From: Epiperipatus broadwayi
Taxonomy: Eukaryota > Animalia > Onychophora
Assembly: GCA_028023455.1 (NCBI GenBank)
Contig: JAQFVV010000006.1
Coordinates: 16,492,001 to 16,556,000, forward strand
Length of the DNA: 64,000 nucleotides
Reading direction: 5' to 3'
The position numbers were made by a program, and so were the translations under genes. Position 1 is the stretch's first letter; every line of letters begins with the position of its first letter. The notes below the pieces were generated by a model. That model was not told the DNA's origin, made no database searches, and worked only from the letters and a program-made list of their open reading frames with translations. This document shows positions 25,995 to 38,084 of the stretch, one piece after another.

Positions 25995-26105
25995 TTTTTT
26001 TTACCATATGTCAAAGCATCGGCCGGGAAGCGAACCCGCGACAACTGTCTGCAAGACACTGCTTGCAAGGTAGCTGCGCTGACCTCTCGGCTACCAATGC
26101 TTGAC
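25995..26105 (-). mobile_element. tRNA-Gly-derived SINE, TGC double-arm subfamily
   Basis: 11-bp TSD gaatgtt(c/t)gcc; T-run tail on the + strand. Confidence 0.9.
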
Positions 26106-26297
26106 GAATGTTTGCCCTTTAACATCAAATTTAGCATAATGTTGGCAATTTAAATAAATATTATGTTGGTGTGTTAATAGAGAGTATCACTTGTTTTTAG
26201 AGCACATCATGTAGATTTAGCTTAAAACACATTGCTCTGAGATTGATTAATTTATTTAACATTAGAAATATTTAGAATTTTAAAAAATTCACTATAT

Positions 26298-26612
26298 CAA
26301 GGTTGTCCAACCTTAATTAATCCAAGGACAACATAAAAAAATATTTGAGTGCTGCAACCTAAATAATCAATATAACACATTTATGTGTGTGTGGTCTCTC
26401 TATATATATGGTGTTTATAACAGTTTTTATTAAAACAGTAGACAAGATATACAGTTATTGTTTATAATCAACATTAAGAATATAGATTAGTGATAGAATT
26501 AAAATATCTAATAAGTATTCAATTCACATTATTATTTTATTAAACTTCTAAGCAGGCTGCATAAACTCTTACTGCAGGTCGCATGTGGCCCGCACTGTTT
26601 TGGAGAGCTCTC
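26298..26612. mobile_element. degraded hAT-type MITE
   Basis: Left caaggttgtccaacctt; subterminal gcaggtcgcatgtggcccgc typical of Charlie/Buster-like MITEs; right TIR degenerate. Confidence 0.5.
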
Positions 26613-29126
26613 CTATAAATATAGGGCCTGAAGATGTAATATTGCTTCAATTAATTACATATTAACAGTACTAATAAATTATTTATTTAGACATTTATTT
26701 GGGCTGTAAGATTCTTTGCAAAGTTTTGATTTGCACATACACCAATTTAAATATTTAGCCTTTAAGATCAAATTGAGTATAGTGATAGTATTTAAATAAA
26801 TATAATGTTGCAATATTAGTGCAGGGTCATTCATTTCTAGTGTACCTGATGATGGCTGAACTCAAAAAAGTGTGCTAAGATTGGTTATTTTTTTTTTTTT
26901 TTATCAATTGAGAAATTCAGAAAATTCTTTATATGCTATGCAAAGATTTAATATTCCTTAAATTAATTTCATATTAATAACACTGATAAATTATTTTAGA
27001 GATTTATTTAGGAGAAAAAAATTCTTTGTGAAAAAATGAGTTTTCAAAATTATATAAAGCCAGCATATATACTAATTGTATTTATATATACAGGTAGTTT
27101 ATTCTTTATCAAAATTGTTAATAATAATAAAAAGGCAGGTTATATATACAAGATATGAATACATTTTTTGCAAAAAAAAGAAAGATTATATTTAAGAATG
27201 ATTAGGCAAATTTAAGTATTGTAAATGTCACTCTACAAATTGAGTATCTATAGTTTTATTTTGAAAATATTTAAGCTAAAAGTGAGCAATTGAGCAATTA
27301 AAATGAACATTTTTTAGTTATTGGTTATACATATTTTTAATTATTCTGAAGTGTTGAGGAAATTTAAGTAGATTGGTGATATTTTGTAAAATTTATAAAT
27401 GCCATCCCCTTTTTTTAGCATACAAATGATCTTATTATACAATTTATTTTTCTTTTATGTGGTCTTCAAAATTAAAATTGTATTTTTTAGCAAATTAAAA
27501 AAAAAAATTTCTACAAACAACAAAATTTCTATATATATATAAACTTAAAGAAGCAAAAACTAATAATATTATTGATACAAAAAATTTTCATGTTGTTGTC
27601 ATATAAATTTTCAGAGGTGTAATGCATTGATACAATTAAGTTACTTTAAAAAAATTGCATATGATTATCACATATTTATTAAAAACTAAATATTTGATAA
27701 TTTATAGTAAAAAAAAAACTTTAAAAAAAAACATTAAATAGATAAATTGCCAGAATCTGCTTCTTAATGCAGAAGCATCAGAAGTCTATTTTTTATAATT
27801 TGAACAATTTTATTTTCTCTTTATTATTGATTACATCTAGGAATAAAAACTGAAAGCAGAGTAGAGAATGGCATATGTTGGATTGGCCATGTTACAGAAT
27901 TAAATATTAGTTGTTGTGCTGCCATGAGGAACACTGATCATTCAGTGTCAGTCTTACCATTCATGTGGAAAACACAGCAAAGATGATCTTTGTATTAAAA
28001 CACTTGAAAAAACAATGGCAGATGTTCTGATTAATGCATTATTGGAATCTAGGTTATGCTATTTTGGACTGTAGTAGTCTATATATTTATTTATTGCTAA
28101 AACAGCAGGAAGTATGATTGGAAAAAGTTATCCATGTTGCATGATAAAATAGATTTGTATTTTGTTACAAAAAGTAAAATATTTAAACTATAAGTATAAG
28201 ATATTGTAATATATTATGCAAGTATCAATGAAGTGATGTAAACTCATAATTATTGGATTATATGGTATTCAATATATAATATTTTGAATTAAAGTTGTAA
28301 CCAAGTTGATAGAATAAAGAATTATTAATCCCTCTATTTACTATAGTAAACATTTAGTATACTGAATGAATAGATTAATTATATGCATGTATGTATGTTA
28401 AAGAATAATTTAATCAAGTGACATTTCATCATTTTCTGTGACAGTTTGTTATTGCTTATCACTTTTTTAATGGTTTATTCTTCATGCATGGGTATTAAGA
28501 CATGCAGAATGTTTTTATAATCAAAAGTAAATATTGATAATGTTCAGAATTGGTTGAAATGTATTAACATTACAACCTGATATTTCATTTATTAATTAAT
28601 AGTTGCTATCAAATTAATGTCTGTTCTTGACAATTACTTGATTGGCATTCCTCCAGAATGTCCCAAGATTTTATCTAAATAGCACATTAAATACAATGAT
28701 ATTGTACTCTATCCATCCTATTGCTGGTCACCCTCTTTCTTCACCATCAACTTTTTACAAGCATTAAATATATTTCATTTCTATCTATCCGAATTAAATA
28801 ATTATCAGTTTAATTTGCATTAGTAGCCACTTGTTCTTTTATTTAATGTTCTGGTATTTTGAACATTTTATGAATACCAGGATTCAAAAATGTCTATATG
28901 TTTTTCACCTTTTTATTTAAATTCAACTTTTCTTTGGAGTCACAAAAAATATCATAATTTTCATCACTCTGATTTTTAATTAGCCTATTTATTCAGTATA
29001 TTGAACATTTTATACATGTAAGTACAGGGATTTGAATTTAGGATTTTCCAACCTTGATCCATCCTCCACTCCATCTCAAACAATCCATCCTCATGATCAC
29101 ATACATGCAAAAAAGATATATGATCC

Positions 29127-29169
29127 CCAATATATGTATTTTATGCATGACCAGTACTCATCATCTGGG
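29127..29169 (-). ncRNA. degenerate hammerhead motif (antisense-arm copy)
   Basis: Minus strand CCCAGATGATGA GTACTGGTCATGCAT AAAA TACATA TA TTGG; C3 and G12 mutated. Confidence 0.45.
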
Positions 29170-29460
29170 TCCGATCATAATCTCCCACACATATATACAA
29201 TCAGTGCTTGGCTTATATTAAGATAGCAATTCCTTAAACTTTAATAGACAGGCTTCAATCTTCTCACTCTACCAACTATTGAACCATCCATAACCATTAA
29301 GGGCTTTGGGAATTTCATCATTGGATTTTCAATGAGATGGATAATTGAATGGTTGGAAGAGCGAGAAGATTGAAGCCTATCCATTAAAGTTTAAGTAATT
29401 GCTATCCTAATATAAGCCAAGCGCTGATTGTATATATCTGTAAGAAAATTATGATCTGGC

Positions 29461-29502
29461 CCAACTGATGAGCACTGGTTCTGCTTGAAATACGAATATT
29501 GG
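29461..29502 (+). ncRNA. minimal type-I hammerhead motif
   Basis: CCAA CTGATGA GCACTGGTTCTGCTT GAAA TACGAA TA TTGG: cores intact, stem I CCAA/TTGG, stem III one change from palindrome ATACGTAT, stem II imperfect. Confidence 0.6.
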
Positions 29503-29845
29503 AGATCATCTATTTGTTTGAGATGAAGTAGAGGATGAATATAGGTTGGAAAATCCTAAGTTCACATCTCTCTACTTACATTCTGATTTTTATTTTTAAA
29601 AGATTACGTCCTTCACATTTAAAGCTGGTTTCATAGCAAAAGGATGAACTTTACTCTTGCTTGATTGCTTCATTCTTTGTTGTTAATGAATGATTTAAGG
29701 GTGAAGAAAAATTTAAAAATGTGCTACTCTTAATCCATTTTATCATGGGACATCATAATCTTCTTCGCCACAGTCAACAATGCCCACATGTTATTTTAAA
29801 TCAAAAAGATAAACGCGATTACAAAGTGATAAGAGAAAATTAAAA

Positions 29846-29954
29846 TTTTTTTTTTTTTAAGTGTCATAGCACCGGCCGGGACGCGAACCCGCAACCCGGG
29901 CAACTGCCTGCAAGTGCAAGGCAGTCGCGCTGACCTCTCGACCACCGATGCAAG
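29846..29954 (-). mobile_element. tRNA-Gly-derived SINE (same subfamily as 4870-4970)
   Basis: Sense CTTGCATCGGTGGTCGAGAGGTCAGCGCGACTGCCTTGCACTTGCAGGCAGTTGCCCGGGTTGCGGGTTCGCGTCCCGGCCGGTGCTATGACACTT(A)n; TSD unclear. Confidence 0.85.
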
Positions 29955-31207
29955 TTTTAAAATAAAATTACAAGCGGTTAGCTTGGAACAGTTAAGCAGC
30001 CAAGTATATTATTTATTCTATAATACAATTTTTTTTTTTAAAAAATTTTATTCAATAAAGTTAAAAGTAATTTTAGTTGCTGAATTATAAATTTTGCTTT
30101 TCTTTTAGCTTTTTATAGATTATTCGTAGGAATTAAAATTTTATCTTTTTTTTTTTTTTTTTGCGAAATAAAAAAAAAAAATAAAGCTTTTAATAATAAT
30201 AATTATAAAGACAATTATCATAATGAGTATTTATTAATCTGTTTAGTAGGTTTGATAGTACTTTAGCGAATTTGTTTAAAATATTTCCTGTATGATTATA
30301 AGATTTTACTGCTATTTTAAGCTTAATTGCGTGTATTTGATAACAGTAGAAAAAAAAAAAATATATTTTTTTGTGTTGCTAAGTAATTTATCTCATCTAT
30401 TCCTTTCTCATTTTATTTACATCAAGTAAAAATTAAAAATTTATACGGTCTCTATACATATATGTAAACAATCTTTTAAAACAACAGCAACATATAACGT
30501 TTTTTATTATATACCAACAATTTTCCATCTATGATATATTTGTTTTTCTTCACAATAATTGAAAATCTGTTTAATCTTAATTGATTTTCCATATTTTTAT
30601 TTGATTTATTGTTGCGTGAGGTATTTTGAAAACCAGTTTCACAAATATATTCAATCCAAAGACACTCCGCACTTCTTTTTATGAAGTTTTAATTTGGGAT
30701 GTTTTACATATTGTGAAAATTAATTTTTAATGTCGTAGTATAAAGGTATTTTAATTAATTGTTGTACCATAAAATCACTTGACTGCAGTTTCCAGGATGG
30801 TGGAACCATCATTGTAAAAAGGAAAACACATATTTCAAATTAGTTATGATGTTTAGTAAAATTCCGAGAAAGGCCAGTCAACTGCAGCTAGAAGTTTTTC
30901 TACTTCATTAATTAATGCAAAAATTTCTGAGAATTTTTTTTAATAATAAAGTATGTTTAGCGTCATTATTTTTAAATCATTACTCAAGTAAATTTGATCT
31001 TAACAGCTGTGGAATAAGTTTGAACGTCAATAAATAAATTACTTTGTCTTTTCAATTTTTTATTTACTTGGATAATTTTATTTAATTAGAAATATAATAA
31101 AAAGTAGATAAACCCATATCAATATTTAATTCAGAATCTGTTCTCTTCATTTGTCAAAACTTCCTCTTCTATAATTAATTAAACCGTTTCAAACATTTTC
31201 TATTACT

Positions 31208-31278
31208 GCTGTTTTATATTGGTGAAATTTCCCAGTGTCAGTGGGCCTGAAACATAAATCATATGTAATTCCCTGAAC
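31208..31278 (-). CDS. candidate host exon (xQGITYDLCFRPTDTGKFHQYKTA)
   Basis: Minus-strand acceptor tattttaactttgctag| and donor GCA|gtaata; open frame; no homology recognised. Confidence 0.25.
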
Positions 31279-31484
31279 TAGCAAAGTTAAAATATTATAT
31301 TTTCATGATGTTAATTTGTAGATAAGACTTGAGTATGTAAATTTGGTTGATGTAGCAATATGTAGCTAGTTAAGGGTTTTGTTTTACACTAGCTGGAAAC
31401 AACTTTACATGTGATTATTTTTAAAGCCAATACTTCCTCTGTTGTTAATACTGAATCATGTTGATTTACACTATTTGACATGTT

Positions 31485-31758
31485 GTTAAAACAAGCAAAA
31501 CTCACTAAACATGTTGCCATACACAGCAAGCTAGAGTAATCAATGGATGCCAGAAGGCTTGTGCATAAAATCTCCATCTAGTGCCTACTCATCCAATATC
31601 CCCAGACTAGTTTCTGGTTTGTGGCCTTTGTCAGTGAGGAACCTTGGATCTGAGAGTACTGCACTCTAGCTTGCTATGTGTGGCGATATGTATAGTGAGT
31701 TTTGCCTGTTTTAACAACAGTTATACACAAGCATAAGAAGTGGTGGTCATGTGATGTT
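31485..31758 (-). mobile_element. HHR-containing Penelope-like insertion with an inverted end and 13-bp TSD
   Basis: TSD tatttgacatgtt (31472-31484 / 31759-31771); ~55-bp inverted arm (31481-31538 vs 31663-31718); HHR motif at 31601-31638. Confidence 0.75.
31601..31638 (-). ncRNA. degenerate minimal hammerhead motif
   Basis: Minus strand CTCA CTGACAA AGGCCACAAACCA GAAA CTAG TC TGGG; stem III palindrome ACTAGT; G8 lost by a CpG-type transition; stem II damaged. Confidence 0.6.
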
Positions 31759-32204
31759 TATTTGACATGTTAGAGTTATATTTGCAAATATTTTACTTGT
31801 ATCATGCAATAATTATATTAATAAAATTAAAGAAATATTAAGAGAATAACAGCAGGTACAAAATATTGTTTTGGCATATTCAAAAAGAAAATTACAAATA
31901 TTACTTGGAACTGAGTTTTCTCTATCCACATATTTATGTTATGTTGCATTTTTTTTTACATTGAAAAATCTTTAATTATTGTTGATTGATTTATCCCTGG
32001 TATTATTATGATTTTTTCTTCGTTTGTTGTATTCGTAATTCAAATTTGCATACGTTCGTTAGCAAAGTAGTTTCTTTGTTCTTTGTAGACTAAAACTGGT
32101 GCACTTTTAGTGAAGTTCACCATACACGAATAGCCTAGGATAGAATATATAATGAGACAGATTTGTCTCCTGACACAACATAGTGAATTGCGAACTTGAT
32201 AGTT

Positions 32205-32270
32205 TTAAGCCAATAAACATCACATGACCACCTCTTACTCTTGCTTGCTGTGTGTGGCAATATATATAGT
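32205..32270. mobile_element. 66-bp fragment of the 31485-31758 family with an internal inversion and 13-bp TSD
   Basis: TSD gaacttgatagtt (32192-32204 / 32271-32283); left part is the reverse complement of about 31737-31762, right part is a direct copy of about 31663-31697. Confidence 0.7.
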
Positions 32271-32486
32271 GAACTTGATAGTTACATATACAAATATTTA
32301 AAACATTATCTAGAATGATTTAAATATTAAATAATTAAATAATATTTCTTAATATTTTGGAATGCTATAAATTATTTAAAATTATAAAAAAATTCAGTTT
32401 AAATACAAATATTTTATTTGAATTATTGCTGATTTATATAGAATTTTTTTTTTAATATATTAAAAAATAAATAAATACTATTTTCA

Positions 32487-32594
32487 TCTAAACATTGGTG
32501 GTCGAGAGGTCAGCAACAGCTGCTTTACAAGAAGTTGTCCTTGGTTAGCGGGTTCACTTCCCGGCTGATGCTATGACACATGAGGAAAAAAAAA
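32487..32594 (+). mobile_element. tRNA-Gly-derived SINE (TAC subfamily)
   Basis: ACATTGGTGGTCGAGAGGTCAGC...GGTTCACTTCCCGGCTGATGCTATGACACATGAGG(A)n; TSD not clear. Confidence 0.85.
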
Positions 32595-35500
32595 CCCAAA
32601 TATATCCATTTTAATGGACATGTACAATAATTATACAGTTGTTTTTAATATGATTTTACTTAATTAAGGAGATTAAAGTTAAAATTCTAAATTACAAAAC
32701 TATTATTGAACTTGTTATTTTATATATTTTCATCATCAAATTTTTTTATATTCCATATCACTATACACACACATAAACACCATTAAAACCAACAAAACCC
32801 ACCTAAAACCACACAAAACTAACTCCCCTTCCCACCACCTACACAATCCCCCATCAGGGACCAAAAAAACGACACCACCACACAACCCTCCAGAAACACT
32901 ATTATTGACTTGTTTGGTTGTTCATGTATATAAAATAAAGATGAACAACATTATAATACACTTATAATCTTTTTTTTTTTAATAATTAGGAAAAATACTT
33001 ATTTTAATCTTCTGCTTATCAAATTGGTACATTCTTTAGTATCTACTAAAAAATTGTGAAGTTCATTGAATTATATTAGGATATTATGTGCCATGTTGAA
33101 TTTTTAAAAAAATGACTTGAGTCACAATTTTCACAATAACTTCAGTCTTAATAATATTAGATCAAAAAGCTTTACATTGATAGAAACTAGAAAAACTAAG
33201 GAAAACAATAAGGCTAAGACAAATAGTGATTACCATTAAAAAAAGTAAGGGAAAAAAAAAACTTCAACATCTGAAATAATTATTACTCTTTCCCTTTGTT
33301 CATAATTTCTAATTTATCATTAACTAAGTTTAAAATTACATCTTCATTGATAATTTCTTTGTATTCCTCACAAAATTCTCTTTCAAACCATATATATAAT
33401 ACTTCTTACCTGAAATAATCCATAGCTTTAGAACTTAAAATACTAACATAAGAATTCTTCATTTTTATCTTGTACTCCCAAAGTTAAAAAAATCTCAAGG
33501 CGTCTATAAGAAAAAGATTAATCTTAATTAAAGATACAAAATAAATTATTTACAGAAGGTAGATATGCATTTGTCATCATAGCAATTGGCTTCTTGTCTA
33601 TCCAAAACTAGAAGGTTACTGTCTATATTAATGATAAAATGAATTTCATCTCTTCATTTTATATTTTTTGTGTACATTAATGATGCTATCTTGTTATATT
33701 TATTGTCCCATAGAGATATAATTTATTTGCATATAGTTCATTTGCTAGCTATAGATTTGAAAATAATGTGATGCAAGATGTGGCAAAACTACTGACTCCA
33801 CAACATGAGTATCAAGGCTTAGACAAGAATCAGAGTTTGATTCTTTGTCTGCATACAATTTCATGTGGAATACATAACCATTGGGTCTATCACCACACAC
33901 ACCACTTGAAACCTCTTTATTGGTTTTACAAGTTTATATTTTCACATGGTACTATGCCCAGTAAATTTTGTGATTGCTCTATAAACTGCATTCTTTATGT
34001 ACATCTGATAATCAGTTTTAAAATTTACATTGCACTGCTCTATAAAAGCTTAATTTTATATATAAAAATCATTACTTGTTATACAAACACAGACATGAAA
34101 GTACAAACATAAACACACTAATACAAATGTAAAACTAATAAATTATTAAGTCTTGAGAATAATCATGTCTGTAAAATAAGGTTGTCTCAAACTTGAACCA
34201 GAGCCCCAAAATTACATTGTATATAAATCACTACTTTCATTACATTTGAATTTGAATACAAGTATAATTTATATACTATATAGACACACTAATACAAATT
34301 CAAACACTTTAATAAATTATAAATTTATCAAATAATAAAATTTAAAATAATAATATTCAAATAATAAAAAAATTAAAATTGAATACTTACGACTGACATG
34401 TTTATTTTTGGGACGAAGGCCTTGAAATTGCAAAATCAATGCAATATGTTGAATCCATTTTATTAAGGAGTCTGGCCAATACCAAAATTGTGCCTTTGTC
34501 TTCTTCATGCAATCTAGTAAACTGAGCAAAAAAAAAAAAAAAAAAGAGAACTTTTTAATGAAAATAATAAAAATTCAGAATTTTGTCCAATTCTACCATG
34601 CCAAATGCCATTTTAAAAAGGAACCAAGCCATAGAGAATGATGGTTTTTCTATATATGTCATGCTTTTGGTTTTCCTGCAATTTTAAAAAGAAGAAAAAA
34701 GAAATTTTAATTTCAATGAGTCAGCGGTAGCGACACTTACAACTTTAAACTTAATAACTGGGAAAAAGGCAAGTCATAAGGACAATTGGTAGTCATCTCC
34801 ATATTGGTTGAGCATGAGGATCCCAAAGAAGTGTGTGCAGGTTTTTTTTTATGGCCATACATAACCCTGTATTAGGAACCACTTGCTGTACCTCAGGTTC
34901 GGAGATAATGAAAGTTGAATAAAACTGAAGAAAAATCTGAAAATAAATAGGCAAAATGAATTTTGAGTTTATTCAATAATCATTTAGCAGATTAATATTA
35001 ACTACAAGTTTTATCTGAAAAAAAATTATTGATGAATTAAAAAAATTATCCTCCCTCCACCCAATTTGTAGTTTTTTTTTTTTTTAAAATAATTCTTTAT
35101 ACATTGCTTTCCTTAAGCCTTCAACACATTTGTTCTCTTATCATTTCTTTATAGAAATGCCCTTCACTTTAAAATAATCTATCTGATAAAAGAAAAAAAT
35201 ATTAAATTTTATTTTTTTGAAAATTTTTATATATAGAAATAATGAAATCATTATTAGAAAAAAATCAACCATACAAAACAAAAGAAACAAAAACAAAACA
35301 ATATTTTATCATAATGTAAGTGTTAGTAAATATACTTCTAAATATAAAATATATTTAAAACACGTTATATATAGATATGACATACTTTTTAAAAAACACG
35401 TATCTAATATACTATATCATACATTTTTTTTCTTAGAATAAAAAACGTTGTACTTTTCTGCTAACATTGACATAAAGTAAAGTAAATGCCAAAATTTTGT

Positions 35501-35952
35501 TTTATATTGCACAAGTATAGAATTCTTATTTTTTTCAGATTATAGCTATTTTCGTTTTTTTTTTTTTTTTGATTAGAACTACTTTCCTTTCCCCCTGATT
35601 ACTAATTGCTGTTGGCATTTGGAAACACTAGCTAAGACTAAAATACACATTATATTGAAATATTGGTGATGTCACATCTGAAGATCATACAAATGTTACT
35701 GAATCAACTATTTTGCTCATATCACTACTATGAAAATCAATGGCATCTTGAATGTATATATTAGTCACACATAAGTGGTAAATTTCATCTTGGTTTTTAC
35801 TCTTATTTTACTGTTAGCAAATTTACATTCCAAGTTCAAAGCATAGATACAAAATGAGATAAAATTTACATTAGTAATTTTAATATTTAAATCACCCACT
35901 CCAAACATTTTGATATTTTAGCAACACCCTCTGTGAATAAATATAAAGTTTG

Positions 35953-36269
35953 AACTGCAAACAGCCAAACCCAATGGGATAGTCTCTTGAGTCTTATGCT
36001 GCAACAATGTTATATATTGAAATTCAGACCTATCCAAGCAGGGAGTGTGAAATTAAATTAGCAACAATCTTAGATTGCTAGTAAACAAACATGTTTAACT
36101 TAAGTATACAAAGAAAGACTATAAGTGTAGTCATTTTAAACTTTGCTCTTTAAGTTCATTGCTAATTTAATTTCATTTTCTTTGCTTGAATAGATCTAAA
36201 TTTTAATATATGACATTGTTCCAGTATAAGACTGAAGAGAATATCCTTTTGAGTTTGGTGTTTGCAATT
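35953..36269. repeat. foldback (~75-110-bp arms) related to the 14837-15870 family
   Basis: aactgcaaacagccaaacc...caacaatgttatatattgaaatt mirrored by aattttaatatatgacattgttcc...gtttggtgtttgcaatt. Confidence 0.65.
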
Positions 36270-36953
36270 CACACTTTATATTTATTCAAAGCGGGCATTG
36301 CTAAAATATAATGTTTGAAATGAGTAATTTAAATATTTTCAATTTAATTTTAGTTAGCAATATGCATGGAATATTATTAGTAATTTTGTATTGAAATTTG
36401 AAAACAATTTAGAAAATGGGTATTTTTTTTATAAACATAACTAAGGATATTTTTTTTAAGCTTAGATTTTCAAAAAATGGATAATAAAATTAGGAAATAC
36501 TTTTCAGTATTCAAGGATTTTCACATTTGTAAATTCATTAAGGCTTAAATTTTTTTTTTTTTACTATTTTTGTGCACAGCTAAACAGTAATATGATCTAC
36601 AAATCTTAAAAATGAGAACATTTTTTGTTTTTTTTTTGGGAAAAATTTAAGCAAATAGTTTTCATCTTGACTATAGTTCATTAAATTTTTACAGCAATAC
36701 CTTTATTTTGAGTTGTGTTTTTAAATGGATCATTTGCTTTCGTTTGATCATTTTGTAGATAAGATGTAATTACAACTTTAAATATTGTATTGGCAAATCA
36801 AGTTGGTATTCAGATTTCCTTTGCTGTTGATAACTTATAACATCATATTTAAGCTATATGTAACATTTTCTTTTAGGATTTGCTTATAATAACTTCTCCC
36901 ATATACACCTTAATGCAAAAAAAAATTTTTTTAAAAAAATAAAACTTTATTTT

Positions 36954-36991
36954 CCTGACAGTTTTGACCATCCAGCAGTCTTCATCAGGGT
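36954..36991 (-). ncRNA. degenerate hammerhead motif
   Basis: Minus strand CC CTGATGA A GACTG CTGGA TGGTC AAAA CTGTC AGG. Confidence 0.55.
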
Positions 36992-37021
36992 GTTCTCAAT
37001 CTTCTTTTTTTTGCTGAGAAT

Positions 37022-37059
37022 GCTCTGATGAAGACTGCTGGACAGTTGAAAATGTCAGG
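37022..37059 (+). ncRNA. minimal hammerhead motif, cores intact, stem III damaged
   Basis: CT CTGATGA A GACTG CTGGA CAGTT GAAA ATGTC AG; the two arms together imply ancestral GAAACATGTC (palindrome ACATGT). Confidence 0.65.
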
Positions 37060-38084
37060 ACAAAAAAGTTTGATTAAAAAATTTTTTTTTTTTGCATTAA
37101 AGTATATATGAGAGGAGTTATTATAAGCAATATATATGGATATATGAAGAAATGCAAAGAAAGTGAAGAAGAATAAGATTATATACTTCTTTTAGAATTA
37201 AGGATATTTTTGACATATTGTAATTAAAGCAAATGCTCTAAGATTTAATACAATAATCCTGAAGGGGCTATTATATTTTAAATCATTTGCATATTTTTTT
37301 TGGTCTGTTGTGTATTTTGTAACAATTTTATTTTGTAAACTTTCAATCTGTGCTTATATTTTTATTATATTGAAAAAACTTTTATCATGTTCTACAATTA
37401 ATCACATGTAAATGTTGTGTGAAAAGATGTCAAATAAATTTATTTACATGCTAACTTTATCTTTTAGCAATCTATTATCTTGAATCTGTTTCATTGTCTA
37501 AGCTATAATTACATATATATTTAAAATAGTTTTTCACACAACCCACATAAATGCTATTAGATTGACAGGAACAACAATCTAAAGGAATATTTGACAATTC
37601 AGATATTGATTTGTTTTGGTGAACATTGAATTTAATACATAAAATGGTTTTAAAGTTATTTATTAGTTGGTTTAAAAATTTTTTTTTTCTTAAAGCAAGT
37701 TTTAAAATTATAATAATTTGATTTATGTGGCCACATGTCTTAGTGTGATTTGTATAACAACATATTTAAGTTATATATATATAATATTTTTTTGAAGATT
37801 AGAAAATATTGTTAATATATGAAGTAATTAAAGCAAAGGCAACGGATATACAGGAGTAAAATATGTGAAAATGTTAGTATGGTTATTTTGAATTTTTGCC
37901 CCAGTGCTTTTTTATATAATTGTGCTTCAAACATTTCTTGATCATTATTACGAGTTACATATATTCTTAATTATCTTGAAAAAATCAAATATAATTATAT
38001 AGATACTTTTAAAATTGTAATTAATAATAATAATGATAAATTATCATTTTTAAAAATACAATAAGAGTTTTAGTTAACTGCTGT

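Larger units (their letters stand above)
29017..29581. mobile_element. foldback element (~250-bp arms) with two divergent hammerhead motifs
   Basis: atgtaagtacagggatttgaatttaggattttccaacct...ggcttcaatcttctc mirrored by gagaagattgaagcc...aggttggaaaatcctaagttcacatctctctacttacat. Confidence 0.85.
36880..37130. mobile_element. foldback element (~118-bp arms, ~16-nt loop) with two divergent hammerhead motifs
   Basis: ttgcttataataacttctccc...cagcagtcttcatcag...ttctca mirrored by tgagaa...ctgatgaagactgctg...gagttattataagcaa. Confidence 0.85.

Noticed and set aside
26845-26880. Other CTGANGA hits (7795, 8583, 25087, 26614, 26848, 35675, 36234, 62998) as hammerheads
   Set aside because: Each lacks a closable stem II followed by GAAA and a matching stem I.
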